Positions 49,301 to 56,030 of a DNA stretch of 56,030 bases are shown here, in pieces. The DNA is from Bordetella parapertussis (lineage in GTDB: Bacteria; Pseudomonadota; Gammaproteobacteria; Burkholderiales; SG8-39). Each line of letters starts with the position of its first letter. The first letter of the stretch is position 1. The notes under the pieces were generated by a model. The model was not told where the DNA came from. It saw nothing but the letters and a program-made list of their open reading frames with translations, and ran no database searches. A program made the position numbers and the translations under genes. Location: positions 1-56,030 of the forward strand of contig CAMDFL010000004.1 of the NCBI GenBank assembly GCA_945897475.1, written 5' to 3'.

Positions 49301-50965
49301 CAGTTACCCGGCAAGAAAGTATCCGAGTACATCGCGCGGCTGCGCTACTCCACACCCGGTGTCGAGCTAATTTCGCCGCCGCCGCACCATGATATTTATT
49401 CCATCGAAGACCTTGCGCAACTGATTCACGATTTGAAGAATGCCAACTCCGATGCTTCGATCAGCGTAAAACTGGTGTCCGAGAACGGCGTAGGGACCGT
49501 TGCGGCGGGTGTTTCCAAGGCAAAAGCGGATCATGTAACCATTTCCGGTCACGATGGCGGCACAGGCGCAAGTCCTTTGTCATCCTTGAAACATGCAGGC
49601 ACTCCCTGGGAACTGGGGTTGGCCGAGACGCAGCAAACTCTGGTTTTGAATCGCTTGCGCGGGCGCATCGCTGTCCAGGTTGACGGGCAAATTAAGACGG
49701 GGCGTGACGTCATTGTCGGCGCCATGCTTGGCGCAGATGAATTTGGATTCGCCACGGCGCCGCTGGTAGTGCAGGGGTGCATCATGATGCGCAAGTGCCA
49801 CCTGAACACATGTCCGGTGGGCGTCGCCACTCAGGACCCGGTGTTAAGGCGCAAATTCACAGGTAAGCCAGAGCACGTCATAAATTTCTTCTTTTTTGTC
49901 GCGCAAGAGGTGCGTGAATTGATGGCTGCCTTAGGCGTTCGAAAACTCGATGAGTTGATCGGGGCGGCGCATTTGCTCGACATGAAGCAGGGAATCGAGC
50001 ATTGGAAGGCCAAAGGTCTGGATTTCTCGAAGATTTTCCATAAACCTGATATGCCGGCGGACGTGGCGCGTCGTCATTGTGAAAAACAAGACCACGGGCT
50101 TGATCAGGCGCTGGACCATCGCTTGATCGAACTGGCTGCGCCTGCACTGGAGCATGGCGAGAAGGTGGCCATTGATATTCCAATAAGAAATATTAATCGC
50201 GCGGTAGGCACCATGTTGTCCGGCCTTATCGCCAAGCGCTTTGGCCATGAGGGCTTACCCGAGGATACGATTCACGTGACACTCGCCGGGTCCGCAGGTC
50301 AAAGTTTCGGCGCGTTTCTCGCCAGAGGGGTAACCCTGGACCTGATCGGCGATACGAATGATTACTGTGGCAAAGGCCTCTCGGGCGGACGTATCAGCGT
50401 GCAACCGTCAGAAAAATTTCGCGGTGATCCTGGTGAAAACATTATTACTGGGAATGTGGTGCTCTACGGCGCGATTGCCGGAGAGGCGTATTTCAGGGGT
50501 GTGGGTGGTGAACGCTTCGCGGTAAGAAACTCCGGTGCGCAAGCGGTCGTCGAGGGTGTCGGCGACCATTGTTGCGAATACATGACTGGCGGTACGGTGG
50601 TTGTATTGGGCGGCACCGGACGCAATTTTGCCGCGGGAATGTCGGGCGGTATTGCCTATGTGCTGGATGAATCCCGGTCCTTCTCCGGTCTTTGCAACGC
50701 TTCCATGGTTGATTTGGAGGCAGTGCTGACGGAGTCTGAGCAACGTGCGAAGATTCCAACCGAGGTCTGGCATATGCAGGAGGCGGACGAAAGCGTCTTG
50801 CGTCGTCTCATCGGCAACCATGCCAAGTACACCGGTAGCCGGTTCGCACTAAAGATTCTCGATCAGTGGAGCGCCTACCGGACGAGTTTCGTTAAGGTAT
50901 TTCCAAAAGAGTATCGTCGAGCGCTGGCCGAGAACGCGGCATCAACGCATCGCGCCGCGGCCTGA
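46307..50965 (+). CDS. gltB: Glutamate synthase large subunit
   Basis: [53 protein letters not shown]. Confidence 0.98.
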   Translation: MDRQVPPEKQGLYDPKNEHDACGVGFIAHIRGEKSHSIVEQGLTILHNLNHRGAVGADPLAGDGAGILIQIPHALFQEEMAKQGVSLPLPGQYGVGMVFLPKEPASRLACEYEIERAIKDEGQVLLGWRDVPCDNSGLGDSVKSIEPVIRQVFIGGGTDVTVTDALERKLYIIRKCTGHAIQALALAHGREFYVPSMSARTIVYKGMLLASQVGKYYLDLQDARVVSALALVHQRFSTNTFPTWDLAHPFRMIAHNGEINTLRGNVNWIRARQGAISSPILGRDLEKVWPLIYDGQSDSASFDNALELLVMSGYSVPHAMMMMIPEAWEGHAQMDASRRAFYEYHAAMMEPWDGPASIAFTDGRQIGATLDRNGLRPSRYIVTDDELVIMGSECGCLQIPEEKIIKKWRLQPGKMFLVDLEKGRIIDDKELKETLAHAKPYIEWMDRIRVRLDTIETDKQQPERSAVSLLDRQQAFAYTQEDIRFLITPMAEQGEEPTGSMGNDSPLAVLSSKNKTLYHYFKQLFAQVTNPPIDPIREELVTSLVSFIGPKPNLLGIEERNPPLRLEISQPVLDFFEMEKIRHIDRYTDGKFKSQELDICYPVAWGKAAIEARLASLAAQAEDAVRAGYSVIIISDRKIDREHVAIPALLALSTIHQHLTNKGLRTSTGLVVETGSAREVHQFCLLGGYGAEAVHPYLALESVLALSAPKLAADQDAAKKAIKNYVKAIGKGLRKVMSKMGISTYMSYTGAQIFEAVGLSKSLVDKYFSGTTSSVNGIDIFSIAEETIRIHDSAFGDDPLLVDSLDTGGEYAWRVRGEEHMWTPDAIAKLQHSTSNNSYDTYKEYANLINDQSRRHMTFRGLFEFRFDQCKPVPLDEVETAKEIVKRFSTGAMSLGSISTEAHTTLAIAMNRIGGKSNTGEGGEDRNRYAPIKLGETLSSRLGKQQIERDLELKEGDLLKSKIKQVASGRFGVTAEYLSSAEQIQIKMAQGAKPGEGGQLPGKKVSEYIARLRYSTPGVELISPPPHHDIYSIEDLAQLIHDLKNANSDASISVKLVSENGVGTVAAGVSKAKADHVTISGHDGGTGASPLSSLKHAGTPWELGLAETQQTLVLNRLRGRIAVQVDGQIKTGRDVIVGAMLGADEFGFATAPLVVQGCIMMRKCHLNTCPVGVATQDPVLRRKFTGKPEHVINFFFFVAQEVRELMAALGVRKLDELIGAAHLLDMKQGIEHWKAKGLDFSKIFHKPDMPADVARRHCEKQDHGLDQALDHRLIELAAPALEHGEKVAIDIPIRNINRAVGTMLSGLIAKRFGHEGLPEDTIHVTLAGSAGQSFGAFLARGVTLDLIGDTNDYCGKGLSGGRISVQPSEKFRGDPGENIITGNVVLYGAIAGEAYFRGVGGERFAVRNSGAQAVVEGVGDHCCEYMTGGTVVVLGGTGRNFAAGMSGGIAYVLDESRSFSGLCNASMVDLEAVLTESEQRAKIPTEVWHMQEADESVLRRLIGNHAKYTGSRFALKILDQWSAYRTSFVKVFPKEYRRALAENAASTHRAAA

Positions 50966-51035
50966 CGATTACAGCCACTACAGCCGTGCGACCAGGCGTC
51001 GCGCGATCGCAACAACGGACACAATCGATACATTC

Positions 51036-52493
<1,458 letters not shown>

Positions 52494-52629
52494 GCAGAGG
52501 CGGAATGCGGTTAGAAATAAGTCGGTATTTGTCCGTCATTAATCCCATTAATTGAATATACATTGATTTGTAAGGTGCGTCATAATTAGAGATTGTCAGT
52601 AATTTCTAGATAATTATGAGGCCTTCCAG

Positions 52630-53991
52630 ATGAATATTGTCGTTCTTGCCGCCGGGCAGGGCAGCCGCATGCGGTCCGAAATACCCAAGGTATTGCATCG
52701 CCTGGGCGGAAGACCCCTGCTGGCGTACGTTCTGGACACGGCCAGGGCCCTTGATTCCAAAAACATTAGCGTGGTCTATGGATACGGTGGCGAGACCGTG
52801 CCTAAAGGCATGCAGACAGAGGGCCACGGGGTGACTTGGGTGAAGCAGGAGCACCAGATGGGGACCGGTCACGCGCTGATGCAGGCACTGCCGCATCTGG
52901 ATGAGCGGATGCCAACCTTGGTCCTCTATGGCGACGTCCCGATGATAGGCGTGGATACATTGCGTAAGCTCGCCGCCGCCTCGGGTGACGACGGTCTGGG
53001 AATTCTCACCGTGAATCTTGAGAATCCTTCAGGCTATGGCCGCATTGTTCGAATTGGCGGAAATATCGTCGGTATTGTTGAAGAAAAAGACGCCAACGAA
53101 TCCGAACGAATGATCACCGAGGTCAATACCGGGATCATGATTGCCCCGACGTCGCGGCTCAACATCTGGCTCTCGCGTTTGTCGGATAACAACTCGCAGC
53201 GTGAGTACTATTTGACCGACGTGGTGGCCATGGCTGCGAAGGAGGGGGTGGGAATTGGCAGCGCCCAGCCAGCCAACTCCTGGGAGACATCAGGGGTGAA
53301 TAGCAAGGCTCAGCTCGCGGAGCTTGAGCGCCTACGCCGGAGCCAAGAAGCCCAAATGCTCATGGACAAGGGCGTGACGCTGTTAGACCCGGCGCGTATC
53401 GATATACGTGGAAAGCTTACCTGCGGCCGCGACTGTGAGATCGACGTTAATTGCGTGTTCGAGGGTGATGTCGTTCTTGCCGACCGGGTAAGGATAGGGC
53501 CGAATTGCATTCTGCGCGACGTGAATGTCGCCTCCGGTACCCGTATTGAAGCGTTTTGCCACCTCGACGACGCCCAAATCGGCGCAAATTGCAGGATAGG
53601 ACCCTACGCTCGCCTTCGTCCAGGAACCTTCCTTGCCAAAGAAGTCCATATTGGCAATTTTGTGGAAGTGAAAGCCAGCAATATCGGCGAGGGCAGCAAG
53701 GCCAATCATCTCAGCTACGTTGGCGACAGCGATGTCGGACGCAATGTTAATGTAGGCGCCGGTACCATTACTTGTAACTATGACGGCGTGAACAAGCATC
53801 GGACCGTCATTGAGGATGATGTGTTTATTGGATCCGATACGCAATTGGTGGCGCCGGTGCGCGTGGGCAAGGGCGCTACCATAGGGGCTGGAACGACGCT
53901 TACCCAGGATGCGGCGGCAGGGCGGCTCACCCTTTCGCGGCCCCGACAAACCACCATTGCCAATTGGTTGCGACCAGAGAAAAAAGAGTGA
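52630..53991 (+). CDS. glmU: Bifunctional UDP-GlcNAc pyrophosphorylase / GlcN-1-P acetyltransferase
   Basis: [28 protein letters not shown], hexapeptide repeats, CNYDG. Confidence 0.97.
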   Translation: MNIVVLAAGQGSRMRSEIPKVLHRLGGRPLLAYVLDTARALDSKNISVVYGYGGETVPKGMQTEGHGVTWVKQEHQMGTGHALMQALPHLDERMPTLVLYGDVPMIGVDTLRKLAAASGDDGLGILTVNLENPSGYGRIVRIGGNIVGIVEEKDANESERMITEVNTGIMIAPTSRLNIWLSRLSDNNSQREYYLTDVVAMAAKEGVGIGSAQPANSWETSGVNSKAQLAELERLRRSQEAQMLMDKGVTLLDPARIDIRGKLTCGRDCEIDVNCVFEGDVVLADRVRIGPNCILRDVNVASGTRIEAFCHLDDAQIGANCRIGPYARLRPGTFLAKEVHIGNFVEVKASNIGEGSKANHLSYVGDSDVGRNVNVGAGTITCNYDGVNKHRTVIEDDVFIGSDTQLVAPVRVGKGATIGAGTTLTQDAAAGRLTLSRPRQTTIANWLRPEKKE

Positions 53992-53995
53992 ATTC

Positions 53996-55816
53996 ATGTG
54001 TGGAATAGTAGCCGCGGTATCGCAACGCAACATCGTCCCCATTCTCATTGAGGGCCTCAAGCGCCTCGAATACCGCGGTTACGACTCCGCCGGAATCGCG
54101 ATATTAAATGGCGGACTACAACGTGTGCGATCTACCGGCCGCGTCGTTGAGTTGGAGAAGCTTGCGGGTAGCCTGAGTGCCCCAATCGGAATTGCGCACA
54201 CGCGTTGGGCAACTCACGGCATTCCCTCCGAACGCAATGCGCACCCGCAGGTATCAGGTGGCGTCTCAGTGGTGCATAACGGAATTATTGAGAATCACGA
54301 TGAGATTCGTGATCAATTGAAGGCCCGAGGCTATGGCTTTTCCTCCGATACCGATACCGAAGTCATTGCTCATTTGGTGCACGAAAGGCTTGTTCAAGGC
54401 GCATCTTTGTTCGAGGCGGTGTGCCAGGCAAGCGCGTTACTTCAGGGCGCCTACGCCATCGCGGTGGTCAACGAAAGCGATCCCGATTTATTGGTAGTTG
54501 CGCGTCATGGCGCGCCGCTGCTTTTGGGTCTGGGTGAGGGAGAGAATTTCGCCGCCTCCGATGCCTCCGCATTGATTCAGGTAACCCAGCGTATGGTTTA
54601 TCTCGAAGATGGCGATCGGGCTGTGCTTACCCGGTCGGCGATCAAGATCGTGGATGCTTTTGGCCAAATTGTGCAGCGAACGATGCAGATCTCCCAACTT
54701 AGCTCGGCCAAGCAAGATCTTGGTCAATATAAAAGCTACATGCACAAGGAAATCTTCGAACAACCGATGGCTGTCGCGAATACGCTGGAAATGGTTACCG
54801 GAGCCAATAGCGTGGTTCCCGAACTGTTTGGCGCGGACGCGGCCAAGATATTCGGACAGACTGAAGCAGTGCTCATTCTGGCTTGTGGAACCAGCTATCA
54901 CGCGGGAATGGTTGCGAAGTATTGGTTGGAAGGGTTTGCCGGATTACCGTGCAATGTCGAGATTGCCAGCGAGTACCGCTACCGGGAAACCGTCCCCAAT
55001 CCAAAGTCCCTGATCGTCACCATTTCACAATCCGGGGAGACCGCGGATACCTTGGCTGCACACCAATATGCAAGGTCGCGAGGCCACGCGAACAGTCTGG
55101 CAATTTGTAATGTTCCTGAGTCGTCCTTGATCCGTGGATCAAGCCTGCGGTTCCTGACCCGCGCGGGTCCGGAAATAGGCGTGGCTTCGACCAAAGCCTT
55201 CACCACGCAGCTAGCGACATTGGTTTTGCTGGCAATGGTGCTGGCGAAGCAGAGGGGACGGTTGGATTTAGGACGGGAAAGTGAATTGCTTCATTCCCTG
55301 CGCCATTTGCCTGCAGCGCTATCTCAGGTCTTGACGATAGAACCGCAGATTATTCGCTGGGCGCAGACGCTTGCTCCGCATCGGCACGCGCTTTTTCTTG
55401 GGCGTGGTGTTCACTGGCCGATCGCTATGGAGGGCGCCCTGAAGTTGAAGGAAATTTCCTACATTCATGCAGAGGCTTATGCGGCAGGTGAGCTCAAACA
55501 CGGTCCACTTGCCCTGGTGGACAGCGACATGCCGGTTTTTGCCATAGCGCCCAAGGACACTCTTTTGGAGAAATTGAAATCCAATCTCAAGGAAGTCAGC
55601 GCGCGCGGCGGGAAACTGTATGTTTTCGCGGACCAGGATGCCAGGATTCCAATCGAAGACGGTGTTGAGGTCATTCGTCTCCCCGATCATGCAGGCATGC
55701 TTTCTCCCATATTGCATACGGTCCCCTTGCAGTTACTTGCCTATCACGCTGCGTTGATTCGTGGGAATGACGTGGATAAACCACGCAATCTGGCCAAATC
55801 AGTTACGGTGGAATGA
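53996..55816 (+). CDS. glmS: Glutamine-fructose-6-phosphate transaminase
   Basis: [40 protein letters not shown]. Confidence 0.98.
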   Translation: MCGIVAAVSQRNIVPILIEGLKRLEYRGYDSAGIAILNGGLQRVRSTGRVVELEKLAGSLSAPIGIAHTRWATHGIPSERNAHPQVSGGVSVVHNGIIENHDEIRDQLKARGYGFSSDTDTEVIAHLVHERLVQGASLFEAVCQASALLQGAYAIAVVNESDPDLLVVARHGAPLLLGLGEGENFAASDASALIQVTQRMVYLEDGDRAVLTRSAIKIVDAFGQIVQRTMQISQLSSAKQDLGQYKSYMHKEIFEQPMAVANTLEMVTGANSVVPELFGADAAKIFGQTEAVLILACGTSYHAGMVAKYWLEGFAGLPCNVEIASEYRYRETVPNPKSLIVTISQSGETADTLAAHQYARSRGHANSLAICNVPESSLIRGSSLRFLTRAGPEIGVASTKAFTTQLATLVLLAMVLAKQRGRLDLGRESELLHSLRHLPAALSQVLTIEPQIIRWAQTLAPHRHALFLGRGVHWPIAMEGALKLKEISYIHAEAYAAGELKHGPLALVDSDMPVFAIAPKDTLLEKLKSNLKEVSARGGKLYVFADQDARIPIEDGVEVIRLPDHAGMLSPILHTVPLQLLAYHAALIRGNDVDKPRNLAKSVTVE

Positions 55817-55845
55817 CACAAAAGTTCTGTTATTACAGTTCATCG
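55781..55845 (+). other. attTn7 site (glmS 3' end), apparently unoccupied
   Basis: glmS end encoding [11 protein letters not shown] is the TnsD recognition region; next gene begins about 160 bp later with no tns genes. Confidence 0.6.
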
Positions 55846-55975
55846 TGTGACATCCCATGGCAAAAAGTGGACCGATACTAAAATCTTACGGCTGGGTGTT
55901 GATCGACGACGTAACGCTCATACTCGATTGCTTGGTAAAGGCTTGCCGCGTTGCGGTAAATAATGAGGAGGCGGC

Positions 55976-56030
55976 ATGTTAAAACTTTGGGGTCGTACCA
56001 ATTCGATCAATGTCATGAAAGTCATTTGGG
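55976..56030 (+). CDS. Glutathione S-transferase, N-terminus (truncated by window end)
   Basis: RBS GAGGAGG; MLKLWGRTNSINVMKVIW matches the GST N-terminal WGR..S.NV.KV.W motif. Confidence 0.85.
   Translation, partial: MLKLWGRTNSINVMKVIW

Noticed and set aside
55817-55900. Tn7 right end after glmS (TGTGAC at ~55846; GATACTAAAATCTTA loosely like a TnsB site)
   Set aside because: One weak match, no repeated TnsB sites and no tns genes; an ordinary GST gene follows

Overview
This is a betaproteobacterial chromosomal segment, judged from gene content and order, with two contrasting parts. Bases ~1-12 kb are an accessory, decaying region. Intact catabolic and transport genes there (flavin monooxygenase, MFS, coniferyl-aldehyde dehydrogenase, AhpD/CMD, 2-hydroxyacid dehydrogenase) are interleaved with a DUF4258/YgiT-zinc-finger toxin-antitoxin-like pair and many gene scraps: 3-hydroxyacyl-CoA dehydrogenase, IS3 orfA, Fic, SnoaL, three Bug/TctC pieces, and a truncated gene followed by a solitary integron attC site. 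The standout is an intact 1013-aa protein (2876-5917) with a RelE-like N-terminus, a complete UvrD/SF1 helicase, ankyrin repeats and a possible winged-helix C-terminus, which is a candidate single-gene defence system. Bases ~12-56 kb are mostly core genes: CoA-transferase, yqjG, rlmL-like, pepN, hemJ, nodIJ-like, hemB, an anti-hemB-like sRNA with a sigmaE-like promoter, engB, cytochrome c4, msrPQ, an RND pump pair and an AbrB/VapC TA module, lysA-lptM-cyaY, mrcA, pilMNOPQ, aroKB, gltBD, glmUS (attTn7 apparently empty) and the start of a GST gene. No CRISPR array, rRNA or tRNA was seen. All family assignments come from motif recognition by eye; no searches were run.
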